NCBI GenBank assembly: GCA_026023565.1
Contig: JAPETS010000039.1
Coordinates: forward strand, 124,001-188,000
Source: Cirrosporium novae-zelandiae
Lineage: Eukaryota
Length of the DNA stretch: 64,000 bases
Reading direction: 5' to 3'
A program made the position numbers and the translations under genes. Shown here in pieces: positions 1 through 11,477 of this stretch. Each line of letters starts with the position of its first letter. The first letter of the stretch is position 1. The notes beneath the pieces were generated by a model, which made no database searches, was not told the DNA's origin, and was given only the letters and a program-made list of their open reading frames with translations.

Positions 1-202
1 ATTACTGCACATCTGATCCCTTTACCCTCCCAAATGAATCCCAATAAGGCGGAACATAAAGCTCATTATGCATTAGGGAATGATTTGAAATTCGGAGAAA
101 AGTACCCCTGTGATGAAAAGGCTGTGGCTGAAGCAAGGTATATGTACAAGTCCGAGTCAAGGAGTAGTCTTCTAGGCGATGTAGCATTTCATACAATTGC
201 AT

Positions 203-1004
203 TTACCGGGGAAGTGCTTTTGGTTCCCAAGCGCTGTATTTGGATTTTGTCCTGTGTTTCATGGTTAATGCCCGACACCGAAAACCGAGAATACCCAACA
301 TACGTAGAATATGGCCGATATGCTGCTCGTGTAGCCGTCAGGTTGGGAATATGAGTAGGTAACTCCCAGGCTCTTATGCCAGTTTGGAGAATCCGGTCCG
401 AAGGAGGGGCTTTATCGACCATATATGAAATCCATGCGTGCCTGGCAACCTTTTCTAAGTGTTCTGTCGATATATAAAAGGCGTTGAAGATGAACAGCTT
501 ACCAGCCAGGTTCGATTTGATCACTATTACGGGTTAGTCTAGAATAGCACTCAGGATTCAACTCATGATAAACCTACGGTTGAAAATCCTTGTTCTTAAA
601 ATCCACCCATCGTGTCCGAACTGTAGATAATTTAGCGCGGAGAGAAGTGGCAATTGATGTTGATTAAGCTATACGAGGTAATTCTTCCTCCAGATTCTCA
701 AAGTATTTGTTTCCATAGCGATCTGTACCAATCAAAGTTCCAGCTTTGGTATCGCCTGAACCACAGTAAGTACGACGACAGGATAAACATCAATGAATGG
801 CTCACCCATATACTATAAAAATCACGAAGAAATTCCATCAGTATGGTGATTCCAGACTGGACCAGTATCAGTTTCAACATACCTGCATTTGGTGGCCAAA
901 TTGCTAGAGAGTCGTCAGTACCATGAATATACTTTGACAGGACAGGGCCTCACCTTCAGACCAATTCTCCGCAAGTTACGCAGCGTACGTGAAATAGTCG
1001 ACAT
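203..1004 (-). CDS. NDUFA12: NADH:ubiquinone oxidoreductase subunit NDUFA12 (N7BM), 8 exons including a 7-nt microexon (806-812)
   Basis: Spliced translation MSTISRTLRNLRRIGLK-QFGHQMQ-YMG-DTKAGTLIGTDRYGNKYFENLEEELP-LRTRWVDF...QIEPGWHAWISYMVD...AWEPKALPR*. GTDRYGNKYFE, RTRWV and EPGWHAW are NDUFA12 hallmarks; introns are GT-AG. Confidence 0.92.
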
Positions 1005-1198
1005 CCTTGATGTTTAAGGAGTGGAGTTTGTTGAAGTCCGAATAGCTACTTGTTGACGTTGAAGTTTCCCTCGTCGTCGCAGTTCAGCCGGAGATGTCGG
1101 CGTTGCACTCTTGGGCTCTCCACCCAACCTAATAACCTTCAAGCAGCTTTTCTTAGTCACGTTAACTACCAAATCCTTCCCTTGAGCGATTCTTCATA

Positions 1199-2850
1199 AT
1201 GATAGCCCGGCGTCTAGGTGGAAGCATTCTACGTCGTCAAATGTGTCCATGTCGGTCCTGGAAACTATCTAGAGGGCGTCGGTACTATTCTTCACCTCCA
1301 CCAATTTCCAATGGTGGACCACCACCCTCTCCATTATCCGTACTTTCTGGAGTGACCTCAGAGCTCGATAAGATTGCTCCGAAATTTGAGATCCAGGGCA
1401 GTCAGATAAAGGTATTGGAGACGCCTGCGGAGTTCTATGAAACACTAAAAGGAAAAATACTAAATGCAAAGTCGAGAATCTTTCTCTCAACGCTTTATAT
1501 TGGCAAAACTGAACATGATCTTATTTCTTCAATCCGGACATCTCTCCTCAAAAATCCCAATCTTCATGTCTCGATCCTCACAGACTGCCTGCGTGGAACT
1601 CGTGAAACGCCGAACCCATCATGCGCTTCTCTTCTTGCTCCTCTCGTGAAAGAATTTGGTTCTGAGAGAGTAGAGATTAGGATGTACCATACTCCCAACC
1701 TGACCGGCCTCAGAAAAAAGACAATCCCACAAAGAATTAATGAGGGGTGGGGCCTTCAACATATAAAACTGTATGGTGTGGATGATGAAATAATAATGTC
1801 TGGGTGTGAGCTCCCTCCCCTCAATCAACTCCCCAGCAGAAACCCTAACCATTAAAATCGGATGTATATTTCAGAGCGAATCTTTCAAATGATTACTTCA
1901 CCAATCGTCAAGATCGCTATCATGTTTTCTCTTCAAAGCGCATCACGGATTATTTTGCTCGCATGCACCACGCCGTTTGCAGTCTTAGCTACTCCGTACT
2001 CCCAGAACCGAAAAATGAAGCCGGATATGCCCTCACATGGCCTGTCTCAAACAAGGCGCCCTCTCCTCTCTCCTCGCCCAAGAAGTTTATATCCTATGCC
2101 ACTAGCATTTTAAATCCCCTAATTCAACCCTTCACCAGCACACCCACATCCGGCGCGCCATCCGCAGCCGACACGCTAATATATCCCCTTTCGCAATTCA
2201 CTCCTCTCCTACAACCAGACACCTCCACCGAACACCTGGGCATCCTAACGCTCCTCCGCATGCTATCCAATCCCGTGTTCTCAAAATCCAGCTGGATCTT
2301 CACGGCTGGATATTTCAACATCCACCCCCAATTATCATCCCTCCTGCTTTCCTCGGCCTCAGCGCACGGAACCGTAGTAACAGCCAGCCCCTGGGCAAAC
2401 GGGTTCTATGGATCCAAAGGCGTGTCAGGAATACTACCCGCAGCGTACTCTCTACTCTCACGCCGATTCCTAGATCGAGTATACCACTCCGGCCGCAAAG
2501 ACCAAATCTCCCTAAAAGAATGGCGAAAAGGCACGGTCGGCGAACCCGAGGGCTGGACCTACCACGCTAAAGGCCTCTGGATAACACTCCCGCAGGAAAC
2601 AAACCCTAGTATCACACTTGTGGGTTCCTCAAACTATACCAAGCGGTCCTACTCACTTGACCTGGAAGCAAACACCCTGATCGTAACCCGCAACGAGGAA
2701 CTTAAAAGGAGACTGGGCGAGGAAACCCAGTGGCTTCAGAAACATGCAAAGACGGTTGATAGAGACGAATTCGCAAAACCCGAACGGAGAGTACACCTGC
2801 ATGTTAGAATTGCCATGTGGATTGTCACGTTGGTGGGCGGGGCGTTGTGA
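1199..2850 (+). CDS. PGS1: CDP-diacylglycerol--glycerol-3-phosphate 3-phosphatidyltransferase (phosphatidylglycerophosphate synthase), mitochondrial; 1 intron (~1805-1874)
   Basis: ORFs 1199-1855 and 1963-2850 join. PLD-like motifs QHIKLYGVDD..MSGANLSNDYFTNRQDRY and TYHAKGLW..VGSSNYTKRSYSLDLE; Arg-rich mitochondrial presequence. Confidence 0.93.
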
Positions 2851-3621
2851 CCGTCTATGTCTACTATACCTATATATTAAGGACTATTCTATCCCTAAAA
2901 TCCTGGGCGATGGATGTACGATAAGCAGATAAAGGAGCTAAGGACGAGGTAGGTAGTAGATCTCGCTATACTTTTAAACTCTATTCTAACCTCATACTCC
3001 TTCCTACCTTAAAATCATGTCATGGACCATCCGGCATAATAACCTATACTCGATAGAAAAAAGCACCTTATAAGATTGAAAAAACAAATTCGAATATGTA
3101 ATACTGATTCAACTACTTCTAATTCGTCTAATAATTAACTATTTTTCTTCAATTATTTCCTATACCTCTATCCGACTACATACATACCTACATAACCCCC
3201 AAACATGCAAACATCAATCTCCCCATCCCATTTTTATAAATCTATCCTTTCCAAAAAAAGAAAAGGGAATAAAAAACCTATTCTACTTCTACTAAACTAC
3301 ATATATCCTATCCCTTATGTAAAGAATTACTAAAAAAAATATATAATAAACATAAAAAAACCCTAACTAACTAACTAAATAAAAAAAATATAACCATAAA
3401 TTTCTAATTAGAGAAGCGAAAATTCCTATATCTCTATCCCATTCTTGCGTCAATCATGCTTTGCAAGCCGTTCTCCACCTCTAGCATGTATGTAGATTTT
3501 TATAAAATCAAGATGAATATAGACTAAATGTAATTTGATATTATATCTTACCCATCCATTATTCATCCATTTATTCAACCAATTAACGAACCAACCAAAC
3601 CAATTATGTATCCATTTGAAC

Positions 3622-3650
3622 GAAGAAGAAGAAGAAGAAGAAGAAGAAGA
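3622..3650 (+). repeat. (GAA)n microsatellite in AT-rich intergenic DNA
   Basis: gaagaagaagaa... about 9-10 units visible. Confidence 0.9.
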
Positions 3651-4025
3651 AAAAGAGAAAAAAAATCCAACACCAAATCTCCAAACAGAAAAAGAAATCT
3701 CGATTCATTTCAATAATGACAATTATCAACGATGATGATATAAAAAGTACCGTTATTTTTGTTTCCATTGTTTTAATTTAAAACACTCCCCCCCACCCCC
3801 TAAAGTTCCAAATCCTATCCTGTATCCATTTTTTGTCCCAATTCCCATAACTCATATATACCCATTATCCATCCCATTTCCCGATAAACGCCCATATACT
3901 TGCTCATTTCAAGGGATAGGAGGCTGGGTGGAGAGAATAGAAATAGAAAATTATCCATCCAATTACCATTAAAAAGGAATAAAAGAACACCCTCACCGCC
4001 ATTATTAGCATTATTAGGTACCACA

Positions 4026-6650
4026 TCACATGACAATGCACTCCCTCTCCGGCTTCTCCTTCTCTTTTCGCTTGCTTCCATGTCCCTGAAGATAATGTTT
4101 TCCAAGTTCCCCTGTCCCACCACGGCTGCGACTTCTTGCCTTTTTCTTTTTCCCCTTATCCTTCTTTGATTTAAAATTTGTCCCATCAAGGTCAAATTGA
4201 TTGGCAATTTCAACTGTCGGTGTTGCGTTGCCACTGAACATGGCGTCTTCGTCGCCGGGAGGGTGTTCAGGCGAGTCTGGGGTGTTTTCTAATTTGTTGT
4301 TGGAACCAGGGAGTCGGATGTTTAGACGTGGGAAGGTTCCGCTTTTTCGCTTTTCGTCATTTCCGCGCATGCTTGACATAAAGATTGAGATTCTAGAGCC
4401 TCGTCTAGATACTACGTTATTAGATGCATTTAGGCTGGTATTGCTATCCACCGAAGGAATATTAACGTCGGCTGGGCCATCCGTAGATGCTGGTCGGGGA
4501 TTTGTAGTACTATTTACACTTGTCACGCTAGTTGTACTAGGGGCCTGACTTGGTCTTCGGCTTTCTTGGTCATCTTCAGGGGGAGTGGGAACTTCAGAAA
4601 TTTCAATTGAGGGCCTTTGAGCGGAATCTGAATTAGAAGACTGGCCGCTGATAGTAGAGAGCCCGACACCGGAATCTCGCTCCGATTCAGCGTATGATGG
4701 GGGCAGTTCACCAACATGGCCAATACCCAAGTCATCTTCAATTGGATGGACTTGGTAGAAAAGGAGATATGGCGATTCACGTTCGAGGGCTTCATGAATA
4801 TCAACAACTGTGACGCGATCTTTAGCAAGATCGTCAAATAGAAGCCATGTATCTTCTCCTTTAGCAATATGTGGTCGTCCAGAACCAGCCGAGCCATTTT
4901 GTGTATGTGCATTAGGACAAGAACCCCTGACGAGAGAGATGTAGTGACCTGAATTAACCTGAGTTCCTCTATGACAAACAGCCGACTGCAATGAGAGTTC
5001 GAAGTTGCCATAAAGTGGACCATTGTCATTCATCTGATCATCTTGGATGAAATGTGGGAGGGCAATATCCACAGGTATATCAATTCGAGTACTAAGGCGA
5101 GTCGGAGTACCATCAAGTTTCATAGAATACCGTTTTAAACATATGCCGAGTATAGGTCTTGTTGATGAAAAATGCGCAGCAACCTGAGCGTCTGTGTCTG
5201 GAGTATTGTCGGTATACCATGCTATTATATGATGTTAGTGTCGAACAGCTACGAAAGGATCAAGGACATACGGATCAAACGATAAAATTGCCAAGCAGGC
5301 ATCATGACTTCCTTGCGGATAGTGCCTCTTCTCCGGGTCGTCCGAGTACGTTCAGAGTCAACTGAACTCTTTTCCAAAATATCACTAGTTTCCGGAAACC
5401 ACCTTGGCTGGATTATACTAGACGCGCGTGGTCTAATGGAGACTGTCGGCGGCACGGGAGTACTAGGTGCAGAACTAGTGCTTAAAACGCTCGAGGCTGT
5501 GGGAGAATCTGGCCTACTTTTCTCTAAATCCAAGGACTCTATGTGCATGGCTGCACCTTTCATCGAATCTATAGACTTCATTGAAGCAATTGTGCCCTGC
5601 CTTTCGAGATACCGTTTCACCTCGATCCGGTTATTAAAGTATTCCTCTAAACATTCCTCAAGTGTAATGTCTTGAGCTTCGCGTGCGTGCTGTGGTATTG
5701 CTACTTCGAGAAGGCGTTCGTTGACAAATTTGTGATCATCTGTAGCATCTTCCGTGCCAGTATGAAATATATCCATCTTAAGCGTGAGGAGCGGTAGTTG
5801 CAATTGGCCGGTAATAAAACCGAAGGCTTCTGAGGCATCCTGCTGAGCAATATCCCGTGCTGCTCTCCAACCACATACTGCCAGCGCCTCTTGCAGATGT
5901 TCGGTGATATCTGTAGTGATCAATTTCCCTGATCGTAACATATTAACCCATAATCTTAGGAATGTAGACAAGCGTTTCCTAGGCTCGTCATCGAATGTGT
6001 TATATAAAATAGCCTCGAAATTCCCTAGTCGGGCAAACATGGCGAAAAGTAATGCATCGAGATAGCATGTGGTATTTTGCCTATTTTCCGCTCCCAAAAG
6101 TTTGGTTTCTGGGTTGTAGTCGCGCACAATTCCTTCCATAGCATCTTCATATAGCACTAAGAGTTCGTACGCCTTGTCTACATCGCCTTCCGAGTACTTG
6201 GTACGAAGGGCATATCGACATTGTGCTTCTTTTAGGTCTGCGACGCCCAAACGGTTAATCTTCTTTGCCAAGGCCTTGACCTTCTTTTCTTCATCCTTAT
6301 CCGCCGCTTTCTCGTCCACAGGTGCGCTGAATATCTGACGTAGAGAAGAGTTGCGCAATTCTTTAGAGGAAGCCTTGAGAGTACAACACCTAGTTAGCTT
6401 TATGCATGGTGAGAAAGACGTGATAAAAGGTAATAGTCGTATCATTACGATAGGTGTATGATTTTAGACATAGGGAATCTCAGGAATAGCCCAAGTACAG
6501 AAATGGCAGCACGAATCAAAAAGAAAAGTTGATCAAACTGGATCGCAGTGTATCAATGTTAATAGCTCGCGGAGGGGTACCTGCCTTGTTCTGGTGCCTG
6601 GTATTGGGATGGCGGTCGCGTTTGCTCAAGAAGCGATTTAACCCATTCAT
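4026..6650 (-). CDS. Ubiquitin C-terminal hydrolase (peptidase C19, CYLD-like fungal subfamily) with C-terminal CaaX (CIVM)
   Basis: Cys box GAENRQNTTCYLDALLFAMF, QQDASEAF, His box VCHRGTQVNSGHYISLVR and WLLFDDL..YLLFYQ. Exon 1 MNGLNRFLSKRDR from ATG at 6650; intron near 5220-5266 joins ORFs 5249-6445 and 4026-5123. Confidence 0.88.
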
Positions 6651-8632
6651 CCTAGCTTAAGTTATATAGCATCCAGCAAATGCCTTAGAAATTATTCTCG
6701 TGGCCCAAATATATTCAATGTAAATCACAATGTAAATCAGGCTGAGATTGGTAAAGGTGGCGTGTGTGTCTTGACTATGGTCTGGAACGAAGGGGAGGTA
6801 GCATTTCCGAAAAGACTGGGAGGAATATATCCTGAGTCCTGTATTTTCAGTATTTTCAGTTGAGGCATGAATGGTTGAGAAGAGTCAGTCGGTCATATAT
6901 TAGAATTAATTAATCATTAGGTACAACAGTTAATCAACACCATGCGACTTTCTCGGTCACGGCCACTTAGCTCTCCGTTGTATTGCTGGATGTCTGACAC
7001 TGAGAACCTAAGGCGCCAAGTGGCCCGATGTGCAGCCACAAACAGTGACACACGGTGGCACACAGTGGCACGGACAAATGAACATGGTCAGTTCCGGGAG
7101 ATGTAGCTATTATTAACTTCGCAAGTTTACTTACTGTAAGTACTATGTATATATCATTTACATGTTTTCCTTTCAATGCTTTACTTCATTGCCTCGTTAC
7201 ATTCCGAGGCATCAGACCTGACACTCATGACAAGAAACATTCCTACCTATCCAGATGGAGATCCAGAATCCGGGGTAAAGGTTCGGCGAATACGGCTCTA
7301 ACTCAGCTCCGTATCCCAGGATACAGAAAACCCAACCTCTAGGCCAATAAACATAGTGAAAGTACTAATCTATAGTCTATCATACTCGATTAACTTTAAG
7401 AGGGTTTCTCTATTAGGAGTTACCGTGGTAAATGGTCTAGAAGCCCCAAGAGTGTGCGCTCTATCATCATAAAGAAACGCGCCGAACCCTTTGACAAATT
7501 CTCGACACTGTTCGGAGGCGATCTTGGGGTTCAATTGAGAAGATCCTATCCTATTCACGCTGTCAATATTTCCTCAACGCTAGAAAGTATCCATCTTTCA
7601 AGAATACTTCATGGCTAAGCAAAACAACAAAAAGTTTACCCATTCTTGGGCGCGGACCCCTCTTGGTAACTTGAGAGTCCTGTAGGAATGGAATAAAAAA
7701 TTTTAATGTCTAAACAGTCTTCGACAACTTCTTAGCAACTTCATGTCTACTCTATCTATTGGGGGTTGGAGGTTGGAGGTTGGAGGCGTCTTGTAGCATG
7801 TCGAAGATAAGTGAAGTTCTGAGTACAACATACTTAGAAGAATCGTTAATCAGTTAGAATTTGGGTAGGTATGTAGCACTATGATCAATCAGTTATTGTT
7901 AACGTGTAAGTTCTATAGTGGTGTTATAGCTTTCTTGTGTTTGAACCTACTTCTAAGTTAGGGGCTCAGACATCAAAGGTAAATGTCCTATTCAACACAG
8001 ATATATATATATATTTGGGCATTGTGTTTTCTTGATTTAGTGTTCTAAAGTTTGCACACAAGCACCGCAAAAAGACCAAGAAGCAAAACGCCAAAGAGGC
8101 GGATATATGAAGAGAAACAATGGGGTCATTAAGAATAACATCCATAGAAAAGGCAATACAGAACTCGGCAAGCATGAGATAGTCTTTAAGGTTGATGTAT
8201 ATGGTAACGTTAGGGATACACAATTTATTCAAAGAGTTCTTTCCGGTATATAAATTGGGATAAAGTAGCTGGTTTTGTGAAGAGAATAAAATTTTCATTA
8301 GCAAGTAACATCGGATATCACGAGACCATTTTATTCTAATATTAATTTAGATGGACGTGTATGTGACCTACATTTCAAAAATGATAGCGTACAGTAACAT
8401 GGGCGCCGTCTATTGCTTAATATTCAGATTGGAGCAAAACAAATGCCAAAGTTAAATATCCAATACGAAGGGCCCTCAGACTCACATGACAATTTATTAC
8501 TTTCGGTGCAAGTGCTTCATCAATATTATGGCATAATCTTCTCCAAACCCAAACACCGTTCTTTGATTCCAAGTCAATTTCTCATACTCCTTTCTAACTC
8601 CTTCGATGAACATCCACCTATATTCACCTATA

Positions 8633-9635
8633 TCAACCAAGTCGTACATTAAAACTACCACGGAAACGCCACGACATGCTAGAATATCCTTCTTCACTTT
8701 GCTGTTGGGGTGATGATGGGACCCCAGAAGACATCGAAAATACCTGCTGCCATGCTGCTGTGCCGTTGCTAGTGCGTCCTGACGTTGCCCTGGCATATCC
8801 AGATCCATCTGGAGAAACCCATTCGTGGCTTTGTTGCCGAGGTGTGAAATTGGAACCTTCGGACATATTAAACAGTTGCTGCCATGCCGCTTTTATGCAG
8901 TTAGTACCTCAGCTAAAGGAATAACATCTAGTATTACTTACATGAGTTATTCTGCATCCCTGTTCTCCTTGTGTGATGGTTTATATTCGGGTCTACTGTA
9001 GGCTCATCAAAAGAGGAGGAGGGCCTTGTGGCAGGTCTTTGTTGAAAATGCGAGGAGTCATGAAAGCGTCGAGGGAATGTATTACTATGTCTAAATTTTT
9101 GCATCAGTATAGAAAGCTTGGGTAGCACAAGAGCCCGATCATACCTGCCCTGAGAGCCACCAAACATAAATGGATCATCGTACATGGCACCAAAATTGCT
9201 TCCCATACCCCCCGTTCGACCACCCATAGTGTCCAGTCTTTCATCCATCTGACTCATCATAGCATCGAAATCATCCATACTCCTCTGCATAGCAGCGAAT
9301 TCAGCATTCATGGATTGGTTGAAAGTATTAAGCGTGTCGGAAATATCATCATTCCCAGTATACACTGCTGGTGGAAGTGTCCGAAGTCTGTCGTATTCAG
9401 CCTTAGATTGAGGATTTGAAAGTGTCTTAAATGCTTGGGTGATTTGGTCGACGGTATAGATGGTCAATTCGGTGGGAGGCTGAACATCAGATGTAGAGCC
9501 TTGAAGCTTGTCGGGATGATTCTTTAGGAGAGCTCGATGATATGCTTGCTTGACCTTCTGTGGGGTAAGCTCATCTTCATTGTTCGGGTCAAGGTCGAGA
9601 ATCTTGTAATAGTCTTCTAATGTTTCCGTAGCCAT
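8633..9635 (-). CDS. DnaJ/Hsp40 J-domain protein (Dph4-like J domain, divergent low-complexity C-terminus)
   Basis: DYYKILDL..AYHRALLKNHPDK..YTVDQITQAFKTLSNP..AEYDR. Introns 9091-9144 and ~8891-8938 (GTAAGT..TACTAAC..AAAG) connect to frame 8633-8866. Confidence 0.75.
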
Positions 9636-10141
9636 GATTGATCCGTAACTTTATTAGATATTAAATGACGTGTTTTGGCTTTCGCTTGCTTGAATTTGAA
9701 GTAATATGCTGATAATCGGATATAAGTTTGCTGAGATTTCAGGTAGAAATGGGCTTCTCCATATCAATCGTTAAATCACGTTAAAGGTGAAACAGGCTGG
9801 GGGCAAATGAAGGTGCGTTCTCGGTGACGTGCAAGCCTCGATAGTCCGACAACTTGAATACAGTCTGAAGTACCTGAATACCTTACAATGCTTCACTTCA
9901 TTACAAGCTCGCTCTTGTTTTGTTTGCGGGATAAAAAACAGGGGTGGAGATCGAAGTCCGTCATGTTATGATGTTGTGCATACCAGGTAGATTACAATAC
10001 ATAATTAGTCAATACAAAGGTTTACTAATTTAGAGTTGTATACAATACGGCTTTGACGTAAAGTATCCTGATACCAACAATACAATGAGCAGCAAACGAG
10101 CTTTATAGTAGTTCTCTCCTCCTACGTTTTTCCTGATCACA

Positions 10142-10901
10142 ATGTCTACCAATCCAGCTATCCCGCTAGCTGAGACGCTACAATCAGCCTCTATCGATTC
10201 CCGCCCCTCTCCATCTCACGACATCAACCCCTCAACTGCAGCCTCCAAGAGGACCCCTGTAGAACCGCATTCACTTAGCAGAAGCAGCAGGAGTAGCAGC
10301 ATATCTTCTTCAGTTCTTAGGCCTATACCACGAAAACATAACTTACCACCATTACCTGATCTAAGGTTCGAGCAGAGTTATCTAAGGAGCATAGAGGGTG
10401 CGGAGGGCTGGGGAAAGATTGGGTGGATTACTGTAAGAGATCAGGTATATCTATAAACTCTATATCTTCCCCAAGCCATGGGCTATCTATCGCAATGGGA
10501 TAATCAAAAACCGAAAATAAAATAAAAACTAATACAATTCCTACACAGGTTCTTCTCCCCCTCGCCCAAGGCACGCTCTGGACGCTCCTGCTCTCCGGTT
10601 GGCGTTATTGGAATGGTTCCTCAGAATTCAAAGGCAAAGGCATCGGCGCCATCATCCGGCGTTGGTGGTGGAAGATTAATAACTGGAAGATCCCATCTAG
10701 CTACAACCCTAGCAATAGCCAGCAAATAGCATGCGATGTTGAGGAGGTAAGATTCTAATAATGATCATCTTTATATTAATATTACTTCCATTGTGTATAG
10801 TGGTATGTGACGGATATTATCTTCCTGGACTTACCAATGAAGCTAATCCACTGGAACTCTAGAACTATACAAAACAATTGATGGAGTGGATTGACGAGTA
10901 A
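10142..10901 (+). CDS. DUF1770 fungal membrane protein; 3' exon uncertain
   Basis: LPPLPDLRFEQSYLRSI..WITVRDQ|VLLPLAQGTLWTLLLSGWRYWN motif; intron 10445-10548; a second intron starts at 10747 with an ambiguous acceptor. Confidence 0.75.
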
Positions 10902-11477
10902 CCTTGATGTCATGACCAGAATATGTTGGGTAGTCATATAGGACATTAGGATTGGAGTTAGGAGCAGTTTTCTAGCACGCAATAAGGAAGATTTACCTAG
11001 CGGGAATACAATATCACTACATTAAACATGTACAAAGCTTAGGAGGGATCAGGCCATGTGCCCTCTGTAGAAAAATTACGAGACATAGTCTATTGATATG
11101 TTCCATATCAAATGGAGACAAACTTTGATTAGGACCTCAATTGGTCCAGACATAAGGACCACAATCATAACATATGCTTCAGCAGAAAGAAGCTCGGTTA
11201 TCTAACCTCCATGGCATGGAAACCCAGAAACCCCACACTAGGCTCAAGTTTCTTCTAGGTTAGTCATGACATAATATCCCCCATAAAGACCATGTATCAT
11301 TTCAACGCCTTACTCCTAGTATAAATGAACTCCTTGGATACTCACAATACAATCACACGAAACATTTTGTTTATGAAACGACTCTCAAACTCCCGGCCTT
11401 AGAAATATTAGATCTGGAGAGATACTTGTTGAATTTCTATATGGGCGCAGTAGCCTGGACGGAGCCTACTAAGCGGA

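Noticed and set aside
3535..3735. ORF with a poly-Glu run
   Set aside because: Produced by the (GAA)n microsatellite in AT-rich terminator DNA
4026..6650. Calling the deubiquitinase CreB
   Set aside because: CreB is USP12/46-type; this Cys box is CYLD-like
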